DNA of 64,000 nt from Nitrospirota bacterium (GTDB taxonomy: Bacteria > Nitrospirota > UBA9217), in contig CAVTRN010000001.1 in NCBI GenBank assembly GCA_963737155.1, forward strand, positions 1,248,001 to 1,312,000, read 5' to 3'. Each line of letters opens with the position of its first letter. The first letter of the stretch is position 1. A model generated the notes under the pieces. The model made no database searches, was not told where the DNA came from, and saw only the letters and a program-made list of their open reading frames with translations. Positions 38,041-49,018 of this stretch are shown here, in pieces. A program made the translations under genes and the position numbers.

Positions 38041-38598
38041 ATGATTGGTATGAATGAAGTGCGGAAGTATGGATATTTTGTCGTTGGAAGCTTATTCTCT
38101 TTGGGTCTGTTAATCGCAACACAGATTTCACAAACGAATAAGGCGTATGCAGATGATGATCATGAATCTGGCGATCCCATTGCGCACCGCAGTGGGTCAG
38201 CGCCGTTACGCGGGCTTGAAAAAGGGAGGACATGGATTCAATACGGAAAGCACGATCGCCTGTGGCACGCCCTTAGACAGCTTGATCTTACAGCCGATCA
38301 AAAAACAGCTATACACGAGATCAATAGTACATTGATGCAGGATATGATCGAGAAACGAGCTGTCACCAGGATCGCTAAGATTGAGCTTCGGGCACGGCTA
38401 CGCAAGGACAATGTGGACACGGACGCTGTCGGAGCGCAAGTAAAAAAGATCGAGGGCTTGAAAACTGACATGATGCTTAATGTGATTAAGGCGCGCGAAG
38501 AAATTAAATCGAAGTTAACGCCAGACCAGCGGAAGAAACTAACGGAGCTAATACAAAAACCACATCAAAATCATCATCATGTAAAGCAAGCTGGATAA
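38041..38598 (+). CDS. Spy/CpxP-family periplasmic protein with His-rich ends
   Basis: Two LTxxQ motifs (LTADQ, LTPDQ), signal peptide, C-terminal HQNHHH. Confidence 0.78.
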   Translation: MIGMNEVRKYGYFVVGSLFSLGLLIATQISQTNKAYADDDHESGDPIAHRSGSAPLRGLEKGRTWIQYGKHDRLWHALRQLDLTADQKTAIHEINSTLMQDMIEKRAVTRIAKIELRARLRKDNVDTDAVGAQVKKIEGLKTDMMLNVIKAREEIKSKLTPDQRKKLTELIQKPHQNHHHVKQAG

Positions 38599-39016
38599 AC
38601 AATTGTGTTCTATAGATAGTTCTTAATTCCGCATGAACCGTGCGATCTCGGAACAGTACAACAGCTATAGTATTCAGGAAGCAAAAGTTGCCTTTCCATA
38701 TGCCAGCGAATATAGGTTACGTTTCAAATATTGCAATGTACGGAACTTCATACATTCAATCACCCATACGTGCGAAATGATTATTTCGTCAAGATTTGAA
38801 ATAATTCATTACTTGCCTATGAATATACTTTAATCCAGCTCGTCATCTGTTATAGTTATAATACGAAGGTATCGAAGAATGCAACAAATTGTCTAATAAG
38901 TGGCTAGGCTGGCTGCCCTTATCAAGTCGCCATCCGTTGCTAGCAGCAACTCAGCGGTGCAAGAGAAAATAATATCTTTTTATAGAGTGCGTTGCCGCAC
39001 AAAAAAGGCCAATTCA

Positions 39017-39634
39017 ATGCATAATTTTATTTATACGTTTCTCATTGCCTTATCGAATAATTTTGATAATGTTGGTGCCAGAATCGCATACAGCATTCGA
39101 GGAATAATGATATCGCCGTTGATAAATCTTTGGATTTCTGTAATCACGTTTGTCATTTCATTTTTTGCCGCTTACTCAGGAACTTTAATATCAGGCGTAA
39201 TTAGTAAACAACTATCCTCACTGATTGCGATGTTGCTGCTTACTGCCATTGGCTCGTGGATTATATTAGAACCATATCTGAAAAAAGACAATGATTGTAT
39301 GGACGAGTCTGTCCAAGGAGACAAGAAAAGTGCCCGTCATGCTTCGCAGAATTCCAAAAATCCCGATATGGATTATTCAAGACATATTAATTTTCGAGAG
39401 GCAACGCTCCTTGGCCTTGCACTTTCGATAAACAATGTAGGCGGCGGAGTAAGTGCAGGGATAATTGGACTTAACTCATTTTGGGTGGGACTCTTGTCCG
39501 CGGTGATCAGTTTTCTTGCTCTTTGGTCGGGGAACTACATAGCAGAATTCTTTATAAAATGGAATATATCAAAAAAAGCCTCGGTTGTTGCGGGAATCTT
39601 ATTAATTGCACTTGGGATAGAACAGATCATTTAA
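39017..39634 (+). CDS. MntP/YtaF-family membrane protein (possible Mn efflux)
   Basis: Duplicated ALSNNFDN / LALSINN motifs, IGSWII, AGILLIALG; about six TM segments. Confidence 0.72.
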   Translation: MHNFIYTFLIALSNNFDNVGARIAYSIRGIMISPLINLWISVITFVISFFAAYSGTLISGVISKQLSSLIAMLLLTAIGSWIILEPYLKKDNDCMDESVQGDKKSARHASQNSKNPDMDYSRHINFREATLLGLALSINNVGGGVSAGIIGLNSFWVGLLSAVISFLALWSGNYIAEFFIKWNISKKASVVAGILLIALGIEQII

Positions 39635-39938
39635 TCACTGTCAGATCTTGCCTAGCCGCCTGATTGAACAACGGAGCGCTCCGGTTTCAAAGGGTAAATG
39701 GTGGTTCAGGTCGTACGCCGCAGGGTTTGAGGATACACACGATATAAAAAATCGAGGTGCTCTATCATTCGGGTTCGATTGGATAGCACATCGAATAGGG
39801 TCAACACGAACGCGAGACTTTTATGTTGTAAAATCAATTCCGCTAATATAATTTATCTTTGCTCATTGTGCCTATTGCCGTGATTACGTCACAATGTTAT
39901 AAAGCAATGAACATTCCATGCCGACAGGAGGTGACTAT

Positions 39939-40322
39939 ATGGGCTATCTGGAGAGCTTAAACTGGAACGCAATCAAGAAAGACTTGCAGCAAGGGCTGGG
40001 AAAAAGCATGGCAGCAGTGAAGCAAAGCGCCTCCGCAGTGCAGAAGAAAGCAGGGGAATTCACAGTAGAAGGAAAACGGCAGTATACGATATTAAAACTC
40101 AAAGCGAGGATTCACGAAGCGATTATGGACCTCGGCGCAAAGACGTATGTACTCATGAGCGGTGCCAAAGCCAAAAACCCTGCTCTTGATGCAGGGGTGA
40201 AGGAGCTCATGACCCGGATCCAGGACCTTGAAGCGCAGATCGGGATACTGGAAGGCAAGACCAGTGAAGGGCGTGCTAAAACTCAACCCAAGTCACGTAA
40301 GAAAGTGCTTAAAAAAAAATAA
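39939..40322 (+). CDS. Hypothetical coiled-coil protein with basic tail
   Basis: AGGAGG RBS, helical amphipathic sequence. Confidence 0.6.
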   Translation: MGYLESLNWNAIKKDLQQGLGKSMAAVKQSASAVQKKAGEFTVEGKRQYTILKLKARIHEAIMDLGAKTYVLMSGAKAKNPALDAGVKELMTRIQDLEAQIGILEGKTSEGRAKTQPKSRKKVLKKK

Positions 40323-40903
40323 AATAGAGAAAATATTTCACAAGTGTCCGTCGTGGGTGCTTCGTCATTCGGAAGCTCGGCTGATGTTGTGGAATCTGAG
40401 ATGTGTTCTACCGGTAGGAAGAACCAGCACTGCCAATCTTTCCAGTTAAATCTGTTACGTGCCGATATCCTCAAAAGGTCAAAGGCCGCCACAAAGGAGT
40501 ACGGGCATGATGTCAATGTGTAGTTCCTTTGCAAGTCCTGCTTTTAATGGCACTTTGTATGCCGTCAGTCTCGAAAGTATAGGTTAGCTTGCCTTTCTCC
40601 TTTGGCAACCTTTTCGGAGCCTTATTCGATTTACAAAGCAGAGTTGGCATAAGAACGATTAAACGAGCATAATACATGCGAAATAAGATCAAGCTGGCAT
40701 TGTTCTTCCAGCCGCATGTATAGAGGAATTATATTAACTGACTAACGAACAAATACATACAGTTTTCACCCCTTTAAATTATGATACATTTTTAATTTAG
40801 AACGTGATATACGATAAATTATTTGCTGTTAAGCGAGCTGGTGATCGTGGGTATACGACCGAGTGTTGCCTTTTCGTAATTCTACGTCCGCGATGGTCTG
40901 GTT

Positions 40904-42199
40904 TCAGTATCCGATTGCTTTTTTTAGCGGCTTAAGGAGGGCAAAGAACGCCAAGCCTGCCACGAAGGACAGGGCGAACATCAGCAGGAAGAAATTCTCC
41001 TTAGATATTTTCCCCCAGAATGTTCCAAGATATCCCGACAGGGAGTTGCCGAAAAAGCTCGAGAGGAACCAAACGCCCATCATCATGGAAACGATCCGGG
41101 CGGGCGCGATTTTGGTTACCAGCGAGAGACCGATTGGGGAAAGATAGATTTCACCAAGCGTGAGTACGAATGTGCAGGCTGCCAACCACCAGAGGCTCGC
41201 CTTCGGGTTGACTGCCAGTTCCCGAGCTGGTGGAATCAGGATCAGGAAAGCTGCGGCAAGCAGGATGCAACCGATTCCCATCTTGGCGATACTCGAAGGT
41301 TCTTTTCCACGGCTATCCTGCCAGCCCCAGAACATGTTCAGCATTGGAACGAAAATGAAGATCATGAGCGGATTGAAAGATTGGAACCACGATGCCGGCA
41401 TTACCCAGCCGAAGATCATCCGGTCCGTATTTGCGTCAGCCCAAAGCGCCATTGTGTTGCCCTGCTGCTCGTAAACGCTCCAGAAAACGATGCTCAGGGA
41501 CATCATGGCGAATATCGCTCCGATCTTCAGCCAGTCCTCGCGCGTAAGGGGCTCTGAATACATCTGCTGATTGGCTACCTTCTTCTTCATGATCAGATCG
41601 GAGGCAAGGTACTTCTGGCCCCAGAGATAGACGGAAAGCCCGATAACCATGCCGACGCCGGCGGAGACAAACCCCCAGTGGAATCCGACTTTCTCGCCGA
41701 GGGTTCCGCAAACGAGAGGTGAAAAGAACGCTCCGAGATTGATTCCCATATAAAAAATGCTGAACGCGCGGTCGCGGCGATGGTCGCCTGCAGGGTAAAG
41801 CGCCCCCACTTGAGTCGAGATATTAGGCTTGAAGAAGCCATTTCCGAGGATAAGGAAAATCAGCGCCGGGAAGAACAAGCGTTCAAAAGCCATCAAGAAA
41901 TGTCCGATGGCCATGAGCACCCCTCCTAGGATCACCGTACGGCGCTGTCCAAGGAGCCGGTCCGCGAGCATGCCACCGAAGAGAGGAGTGAAGTAGACAA
42001 ACCCGGTATAGAGCCCGTAAATTTCGGATGACCGTTCTTGCGTGAACTGAAGATGTTTGATCATGTAGTAGACCAACAGTGATCGCATCCCGTAGTAGGA
42101 AAACCTCTCCCACATTTCTGTAAAAAAAAGAACATACAAGCCAGCGGGATGTCTCTGGCTTTTTGTCATGTCCTCGGCTACGACTATAGGATTGCTCAT
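40904..42199 (-). CDS. POT-family proton-dependent oligopeptide transporter
   Basis: EMWERFSYYGM (ExxERFxYY), FKPNIS, FYMGINLGAF. Confidence 0.95.
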   Translation of the reverse strand: MSNPIVVAEDMTKSQRHPAGLYVLFFTEMWERFSYYGMRSLLVYYMIKHLQFTQERSSEIYGLYTGFVYFTPLFGGMLADRLLGQRRTVILGGVLMAIGHFLMAFERLFFPALIFLILGNGFFKPNISTQVGALYPAGDHRRDRAFSIFYMGINLGAFFSPLVCGTLGEKVGFHWGFVSAGVGMVIGLSVYLWGQKYLASDLIMKKKVANQQMYSEPLTREDWLKIGAIFAMMSLSIVFWSVYEQQGNTMALWADANTDRMIFGWVMPASWFQSFNPLMIFIFVPMLNMFWGWQDSRGKEPSSIAKMGIGCILLAAAFLILIPPARELAVNPKASLWWLAACTFVLTLGEIYLSPIGLSLVTKIAPARIVSMMMGVWFLSSFFGNSLSGYLGTFWGKISKENFFLLMFALSFVAGLAFFALLKPLKKAIGY

Positions 42200-42276
42200 C
42201 TTTCGCTCCGAATAATTTGGTATGAGGATGAAGACCAATGCATCACATATAGTCAGCGATAATTAAATCGGACGCA

Positions 42277-43047
42277 TCAATTCCTTTTCACAATCACTTT
42301 CGCAAGTAATGCAGTGGCGACAACCACAAACTCATTAGGTTTGAGCATGGGACCAAGGAGAGCAGTCTGACCGGCCTTACTTAGCAGTCGTTCATCGTAT
42401 TGGGCGCCTGTGCAGAGGCGGCGCAATTTCGCTACGAGCTGTAAGAAATTTGCTGAACGGGACAGCTCGCGTGCGAGTGAGAGAGAATCATAAATAAGAC
42501 CGCTTTCATGGAAGGCAAGCGTCGGAAGGTGTCCAGCATAGAGTGTCAAAAATCTTTCGCGCTCTTCTTTTGATGCCTCGTGCGTGTTCTTCGTCACCTT
42601 CGTCACTTTTAGGCCACCGGTAAGAACAGCATTGCTGATGCTTACTGTACGCTTGGTGGTTGTTTCCATCGAAGTGCTGCATAAAATTCCAATGCCATGC
42701 AGAATGAGATTGATATCGCGATAGGCGATTGTTAGACTGCTGCCATCATTTGATTTGACAATGAGATCTTTTTCGCCAAAAGCAAACCTTCTTACGAGCC
42801 ACGGGGCCCTCTCTAGCTTAATCTCGTCGTTATGCAGAACTAATGCGGAGAAGCCTTTGGACTCAAGCTCACCTGCAAGTTTCTTGGCCTTCATCTCCTC
42901 CGCAAACACGCCTACGACAAGGGGTCCGTTTCCGGGGGCGCGCAGACGCGAATGCGCCTCAAAAACCGTAACTTTAAGAACAGTTGCTAGCACTTGGGCC
43001 AGCTCCTGTTTATTTTCCTTGACGTTGTATATTGCCAGAATATGCAT
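42277..43047 (-). CDS. Hypothetical protein
   Basis: 256-aa ORF with RBS and protein-like composition; no motif recognised. Confidence 0.6.
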   Translation of the reverse strand: MHILAIYNVKENKQELAQVLATVLKVTVFEAHSRLRAPGNGPLVVGVFAEEMKAKKLAGELESKGFSALVLHNDEIKLERAPWLVRRFAFGEKDLIVKSNDGSSLTIAYRDINLILHGIGILCSTSMETTTKRTVSISNAVLTGGLKVTKVTKNTHEASKEERERFLTLYAGHLPTLAFHESGLIYDSLSLARELSRSANFLQLVAKLRRLCTGAQYDERLLSKAGQTALLGPMLKPNEFVVVATALLAKVIVKRN

Positions 43048-43438
43048 AATTATTTCCCTTTGCTCAGGTTTTGCCTTTGAGGCAATGCTAGTTGAAACAG
43101 CCTTTTTCCCAGATTTTATAGCCTATAAAATGGGATAAGTAAGAAAAGCAAAGCTTTCTGATTTCAATTATGATGGTTCTAACGAAAGAATATCATGCTC
43201 TGAAAGGAAAGCTATGCTTATTAAGACAATAATGAATCAATCAGAAAAGTTCAAGTCATTTGTTTACGATAAGTTCCAGTTTGAAATGGTGAATAGCCAT
43301 AAATTCCTGATCGTTAATATTAAACCAGGAAAAACATAATGCCGATCTACCATAATTTATCTATAAAAGGATTCCATTCACGATACGCAGAAAGAATGAC
43401 TGTATAAGTGCATCCCCATTTTAAATTTCAAAATGTTC

Positions 43439-43880
43439 TTCCGCTATGCGTGGCGTCGAACAGATTTTATCATCAACGGTTCTACCATTGAGAGCATTCC
43501 CTGGGCAGTGGGCAAAGAGCATCAGATGACCACGTATAAAGTTTACCTTGCTCGGTGAGCCAGGCGTCTTTCGTGGCAGGAGACGGTGGGCATATTCAAG
43601 ACCAGATGGGACAGCGTTTGCTGGGCAGTCAAATGAGTGGTGGAATACGGCCTTGCCCACCAGAGTCTGGGCGGGATCAAACAGCTCGGCATTGATGAAA
43701 TCAGCTACAGAGGAGGGGAACAAGTCTCTTACCCTTGTTTATAAACTGGATGAAGGATGTCGTTGACTTTTTTTATGGAGTTGTCCAAAGGGAAGAGTAA
43801 AGACCTTGCTCCGGTTGTGAGGGTATTGATTTATTGTGCTCTTGTGAAACCTGATATCTGAGACAGTTGCGATGAGCGAA
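43439..43880 (+). pseudogene. ISL3-family transposase relic
   Basis: ESIPWAVGK...LAR*ARRLSWQET...WDSV...VVEYGLAH...LGIDEISY...LTLVYKLDEGCR; multiple stops. Confidence 0.75.
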
Positions 43881-44141
43881 TCACCTCATCATCTATGATG
43901 ATCGTAATAATGCAGGCGATGGTGAGTCATTGAAAACTAATTTTTATTGTATACGATGGGGATTTGTTCTGAGCGATGGCTTGGCATCAACTTGTGTTAA
44001 ATTTCGCTGTTTTGCCCATTCGCGTAATTTCTAAAACAGTTCTCAACCCGCATCAAGATGCTCAGCAATCCGTTCCCAAAAATAAAAAAACCGGCGCTTT
44101 AATCTGCGTCGGCTTTGAACTTTGTCGCATGGCTATTTTTT

Positions 44142-45050
44142 TTATAGTGCAGCGTGCTGGAATTGACACTCCTGTTGGCTGGCATCCCTTTCCTCAGACG
44201 AACCTATAGTAATCCAGGTCTGCGGATTGTGCAGAAGTTCGCTGACCATCTGCGCATTCAGGCCATGGCCGGACTTGTGCGCCACGATGTGGCCGACAAT
44301 GGGCATGCCGATGAGCGACAAATCGCCAATGAGGTCGAGGATTTTATGTCGCACAAACTCGTCCTCGTAACGGAGACCGTCTTCATTCAGAACTGAGTCG
44401 TCGCCGAGCGCTACGGCATTGTCCAAGGAAGCGCCCTTTGCAAGTCCATTTGCCTGTAATGTCTTGACATCGCTCATAAAACCGAAGGTGCGGGCGTTGG
44501 ATACCTCACGCAGGAAAGCTTCTTCGGACGGCTGATACTGCAGGCTTTGCTCCTTGAGCATCGGATGGTTAAAATCGATGAAATAGGATATGCTCGTCGT
44601 CTCCGCAGGCCAGATGGCAAGCTGCTTGTTGCCCTCGCGCACGAAAATAGGTTTGATGACTTTCAATACCGGCTGAAGAATTTCCTGGGATTGAATGCCA
44701 GCATCGGTAATGAGCCGGACAAAAGTCTGGGCACTTCCATCCATAATCGGGACTTCTCCGGCATCGATCTCGACGTATACGTTGTTGATGTTGAGGCTCG
44801 CAAAGGTGGAGAGAAGATGCTCGACTGTTGTTACAGACACTCCGCTCTGACTCAGCGTGGTTGCATAGCTTGTTGCTCCTGTATTGGATGCGATTGCCTT
44901 GATTTCCGCATTGCCTAGGTCTGTACGGATGAAAACGACACCTGTACCCGCCGGGGCAGGTTTGAGGATCATCTTTACCGGTTTGCCGGTATGGAGGCCG
45001 ATGCCCTCACAGGCGATGTTTTTCTGTATTGTGCGTTGAAATCTGATCAT
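44142..45050 (-). CDS. lpxC: UDP-3-O-acyl-N-acetylglucosamine deacetylase
   Basis: GIGLHTG, TVEHLLS, EVPIMDGSA, ARTFGF, RHKILDLIGDL, KSGH. Confidence 0.96.
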   Translation of the reverse strand: MIRFQRTIQKNIACEGIGLHTGKPVKMILKPAPAGTGVVFIRTDLGNAEIKAIASNTGATSYATTLSQSGVSVTTVEHLLSTFASLNINNVYVEIDAGEVPIMDGSAQTFVRLITDAGIQSQEILQPVLKVIKPIFVREGNKQLAIWPAETTSISYFIDFNHPMLKEQSLQYQPSEEAFLREVSNARTFGFMSDVKTLQANGLAKGASLDNAVALGDDSVLNEDGLRYEDEFVRHKILDLIGDLSLIGMPIVGHIVAHKSGHGLNAQMVSELLHNPQTWITIGSSEERDASQQECQFQHAAL

Positions 45051-45080
45051 GGTAAAATCCCCTTTTCGTAATAGTAAAGA

Positions 45081-45096
45081 AGCAATAGTCATGCCA
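45081..45096 (-). promoter_or_regulatory. Sigma54 (-24/-12) promoter of lpxC
   Basis: Minus strand TGGCATGACTATTGCT (GG-N10-GC), 31 nt upstream of the start codon. Confidence 0.7.
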
Positions 45097-45431
45097 TGAA
45101 AGTTACACAATAATGTCTCAATAAATTAGTGTGTTATAAATCATATCCACAGCATGTGTGGTAAAAAAGACTCTATAATCCTGTGTCCATGTTGCCATAC
45201 TGCCACAGTGGGCCGCGTAATTTTTTTTATTTTTCTTAATTTGTACTATATTAATTCATCGGTGACAAATCAAACGCTAATGAGCCATCATAGGTTTTTC
45301 AGAATAAGTTTCTCTTTGTTTTTCATTGACATATCAGGTATATGTATGATAAATTTTTTCTTACTCTAACAGGTGGATGAAGTCTGATATGGCTCACAGA
45401 GCCAAGTGAAAAAACAGTCCCTGGCCCCTTT

Positions 45432-45890
45432 TTGTTTCAAGGGTTAAGTGGTCATCTTGCTTCAGAGCATAAGAAGGTACGAGGCCGACTATTGCAACGT
45501 TTGATCTTTCTTCACCACGGAGCTGTCTCGCTCTATATGCGGAAGTCGGCATTGCCTTATTCCATAGAGTTGTCGAGGGCTCTCCGTAAACGTTGCCGCG
45601 TCCTCACTTGTGATTGGGGTGGTTGTTTATTACCTGATAGCGTTCTCTTGTAATGACGTTTTGTTCTTTGATATTTTATGCGCTCTGTAGCTTCACTTCA
45701 CGGGCAGTTGCCCAATGAAGCCGCATAATTCTCTGGCAATAGCTGTTATCACCTCGTTTCTAGGTTTTTCCCTTTTGCTGTAAGATTACGGAATCGGCCA
45801 CAGAGACGCACCTGGGCTTCCTCCAAGAGACGTCGAAAATGTTTTTCGGTAGCCTCTCTTGTCGCTTGAGGAGAACTCGGCTGACTCGGA
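45432..45890 (-). mobile_element. IS110-family relic: transposase C-terminus plus 3' non-coding end
   Basis: RVSRVLLKRQERLP...W / KAQVRLCGRFRNL..KGK / NEVITAIARELCGF; followed by GGAGAGCCCTCGA...CTATG...TAGAGCGAGACAGCTCC, resembling IS110 right-end sequence. Confidence 0.65.
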
Positions 45891-46260
45891 CTCTGAACTA
45901 TGCATTTGTAACCTTGGTTAGATGGTGGTATATTTCGTAACTACACGGTCCTACATATACAAAGTGCAGTTCTGAGCCTTTGCTTTCAAGCTCGCGGATC
46001 ATCTTGTCCAATGATGCAATGTCGCCGCCAATCTTACAATAGTAGAGAACTTATTGGATGCCGCCTATTTCTGCCGTTGTAACAGCTATGGAGTTTTTTG
46101 CCGAATCGAGATCGACCATTGTGATAGAATTTGATGACCTGCTTCCTTGTTTGTGGCTCCATATTTGGACTACTATTAAATCCAAGTATAAACCACGGTG
46201 GCATGGGTCAGGTCACTTTCTCATCTATCAACCATTATGTCTATAGGTTGCGGGGTGAAT

Positions 46261-46986
46261 ATGACGCCTAAGCTCGGGGAATTATACAAACAGGGCATAG
46301 ATGCGTTCGATAAAGGTGATTACACTGCGGCAGAGCGTTTTTTTTACGATATACTGCGCCAGAACTCTCGTTTTGCTGATATTCAGAACAAAATCGGAAT
46401 TATTTACAATCAGACGAACAGGCTCGGCCTGGCCACGGAAGCGTTCGAAAAAGCGTTGGTAATCAACCCTGGGTACACCGAGGCATCGCTCAATCTGGCT
46501 ATCACGTACAGTGATCTTGGGAAATACGAAAAAGCGCGCGAGGTTTTTGAGCGGGCGGCTCACTTCATAGAGAAGGCCGGGGCATCAGTAACCTCCACAT
46601 CGGGCATCGACCCCTTTATAAAAGGCAAGCTGGCCGACGAGCACCTGCGGCTTGGCAACATGTACTATCAAATCCCGCTGCTTGATGAAGCGATCGAGGA
46701 ATATCAGAAGGCCCTTCGCCTCTCACCCAATTTTGCGGATATCATCACCCATCTCGGTATCGCCTACCGCGACAAAGGCATGTATGACGAAGCAATCGCG
46801 GAATTCAACCATGCCAAGGAGTGCAACCTTCGTTACTCGCCTGCACGTCTGCACCTCGGCATTACCTACTACTCGCAAGGATTTTACGGCCTTGCCGAGG
46901 AGGAGTGGCGGGAAGCGTTGGTGTTTGACCCCGACAATCCCGCTGTGAAGACCTATTTAAATTTCGTAAAACTACGGACTTCATGA
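46261..46986 (+). CDS. Tetratricopeptide repeat protein
   Basis: Multiple TPR units, e.g. EAIEEYQKALRLSPNFAD. Confidence 0.9.
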   Translation: MTPKLGELYKQGIDAFDKGDYTAAERFFYDILRQNSRFADIQNKIGIIYNQTNRLGLATEAFEKALVINPGYTEASLNLAITYSDLGKYEKAREVFERAAHFIEKAGASVTSTSGIDPFIKGKLADEHLRLGNMYYQIPLLDEAIEEYQKALRLSPNFADIITHLGIAYRDKGMYDEAIAEFNHAKECNLRYSPARLHLGITYYSQGFYGLAEEEWREALVFDPDNPAVKTYLNFVKLRTS

Positions 46987-47978
46987 GTGGAGAATCTTCG
47001 TTGGATCTTCTCGAAATACAGGGCCTTACCACCCATTTTTTCACGCGTTCTGGCGTCATCAAGGCGGTAGATAATCTGAGCATTCGTCTCCGGAAAGGTC
47101 GCGTTCTCGGTCTGGTTGGCGAGTCCGGGTGCGGAAAAACAGTTACCGCTCTCTCAATACTCAATCTGGTACCCTATCCCGGCACAATTGTTGCGGGCAG
47201 AATTGTCTTCGAAGGCCATGACCTTCTCACGATTTCATCGGATCAGTTGAGAGCGATCCGCGGCGCCCGGATTGCCATGATCTTCCAGGAGCCCATGACC
47301 GCTCTTAACCCCGTCTTTACCGTGGGAAACCAGATCGCCGAAGTTCTGACTGCTCACCAGCACATTACCAAAAAAGAGGCATGGAAGAGGGCCATTGAAC
47401 TCCTTCGCTCCGTCGGCATTCCTTCCCCGGAAAAGCGCGTTGACGAGTACCCTCATCAGCTTTCGGGTGGCATGCGACAGCGCGTCATGATCGCCATGGC
47501 CATCGCGTGCAAGCCGGCACTGATCCTCGCTGATGAACCGACTACAGCCCTCGACGTAACGATCCAGGCACATATTCTCGAACTGCTCGGCAAGATTCAG
47601 GCGGAAATGGGCATGGCCATGATCCTAGTCACCCATGATCTCGGGCTGATTGCCGAGCGTTCCCACGAGGTGGCTGTGATGTACGCGGGCAGGATCGTAG
47701 AGCAGGCTGAGACGGGTGAACTCTTCAAAAACCCACAGCACCCCTATACACGTGGCCTCATGGCTTCGATCCCCAAGCCGGGACAAGAGGGGCATCACCG
47801 GTTGCACACAATCGCCGGGAATGTTCCCCGGTTGATCGATCTGCCGAAAGGATGTTCGTTTGCTCCTCGCTGTGATATCAAAAACGCTCAATGCGCATTA
47901 GCTCCGGAGCTGGTGGAAGTAAAGCCGGGTCATCTGGTAAGATGCTGGGAGAGCGAAGTGAGAATTACAGACAGGTAG
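46983..47978 (+). CDS. dppD: Oligopeptide/dipeptide ABC transporter ATPase (DppD/OppD)
   Basis: [26 protein letters not shown]-terminal GCSFAPRC. Confidence 0.9.
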   Translation: MSGESSLDLLEIQGLTTHFFTRSGVIKAVDNLSIRLRKGRVLGLVGESGCGKTVTALSILNLVPYPGTIVAGRIVFEGHDLLTISSDQLRAIRGARIAMIFQEPMTALNPVFTVGNQIAEVLTAHQHITKKEAWKRAIELLRSVGIPSPEKRVDEYPHQLSGGMRQRVMIAMAIACKPALILADEPTTALDVTIQAHILELLGKIQAEMGMAMILVTHDLGLIAERSHEVAVMYAGRIVEQAETGELFKNPQHPYTRGLMASIPKPGQEGHHRLHTIAGNVPRLIDLPKGCSFAPRCDIKNAQCALAPELVEVKPGHLVRCWESEVRITDR

Positions 47979-48055
47979 CAAAGGTTAATTGGCAAGGAGC
48001 AAGAGACAAAAAAGGGGAAAATGCGAAACGGGGAATTTTGAATCTCGAAATCGAT

Positions 48056-49018
48056 ATGTCTGATACATTACTCTCCATCAACAACATATTTAAAAAATTT
48101 GCCGTAACCTCGGGATTGGGCAAAAAACTCGAAGCAACGGCAGTGGACGGCGTGACGCTGTCTGTGGCACGTGGAGAGGCAGTGGGCCTCGTCGGCGAGA
48201 GCGGATGTGGCAAATCCACGCTTGGCAGGCTGTCGCTCAGACTGCTCGGACCCACATCGGGAAATGTGCTATTCGAGGGCCGGGATCTTGGCACGCTGGG
48301 GAAAGAGGAACTTCGAGCGCTCCGAAAGAACATGCAGATCATCTTCCAAGACCCTTTTGCATCGCTCAATCCTCGCATGCGCATCCAGGAAATCATTACT
48401 GAGCCACTTGTGATCCATGGCCTTGCAAAGAAGCATGAACTTGAAGAGCGAGGAGGGGTTCTGCTTGGAAAGGTGGGTTTACCCGCGGACGCTCTTCGCC
48501 GCTATCCTCACGAATTCTCCGGAGGTCAGCGGCAGCGCATCGGCATTGCGCGGGCTCTTGCGAGTAGTCCGTCGTTCATCGTGGCCGACGAACCGGTGTC
48601 CGCTCTTGATGTCTCAGTGCAGGCGCAGATCATCAATCTCCTTGAAGACCTGCGAGGGGAAATGAAACTTTCGTTCCTGTTCATAGCCCACGATCTGAAT
48701 ATTGTTCGTAATTTTTCAGACCGTGTGGTTGTGATGTATCTCGGCAAGATCATGGAAATCGCGCCAGCCGAGGAGATCTACCGCAATCCTTCCCATCCCT
48801 ACACTGAGGCGCTGCTGGCCGATATTCCTGTCGCCGACCCTACGGTGAAGAAAAAACACATCCTGCTCAAAGGCGACATTCCGAGCCCCACCCACATCCC
48901 ACCCGGTTGCCGGTTCCATACCCGCTGCATCTATCGCTTCGATCCGTGTGACAAAATCGTTCCACGCACGACTGATCTTGGAAACGGGCATTTCGTGGAC
49001 TGTCATTTGCGGGGCTAG
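48056..49018 (+). CDS. dppF: Oligopeptide/dipeptide ABC transporter ATPase (DppF/OppF)
   Basis: GESGCGKS, FSGGQRQR, ADEPVSALD, GCRFHTRC. Confidence 0.9.
   Translation: MSDTLLSINNIFKKFAVTSGLGKKLEATAVDGVTLSVARGEAVGLVGESGCGKSTLGRLSLRLLGPTSGNVLFEGRDLGTLGKEELRALRKNMQIIFQDPFASLNPRMRIQEIITEPLVIHGLAKKHELEERGGVLLGKVGLPADALRRYPHEFSGGQRQRIGIARALASSPSFIVADEPVSALDVSVQAQIINLLEDLRGEMKLSFLFIAHDLNIVRNFSDRVVVMYLGKIMEIAPAEEIYRNPSHPYTEALLADIPVADPTVKKKHILLKGDIPSPTHIPPGCRFHTRCIYRFDPCDKIVPRTTDLGNGHFVDCHLRG

Noticed and set aside
38880-39016. yybP-ykoY Mn riboswitch expected before the MntP-like gene
   Set aside because: The conserved GGGGAGUAGC-type core is not present.
40330-40620. Possible acyltransferase relic on the minus strand (LAKELHIDIMPVLLCG)
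   Set aside because: Only one short motif; the FPEGTRS motif is not recoverable.
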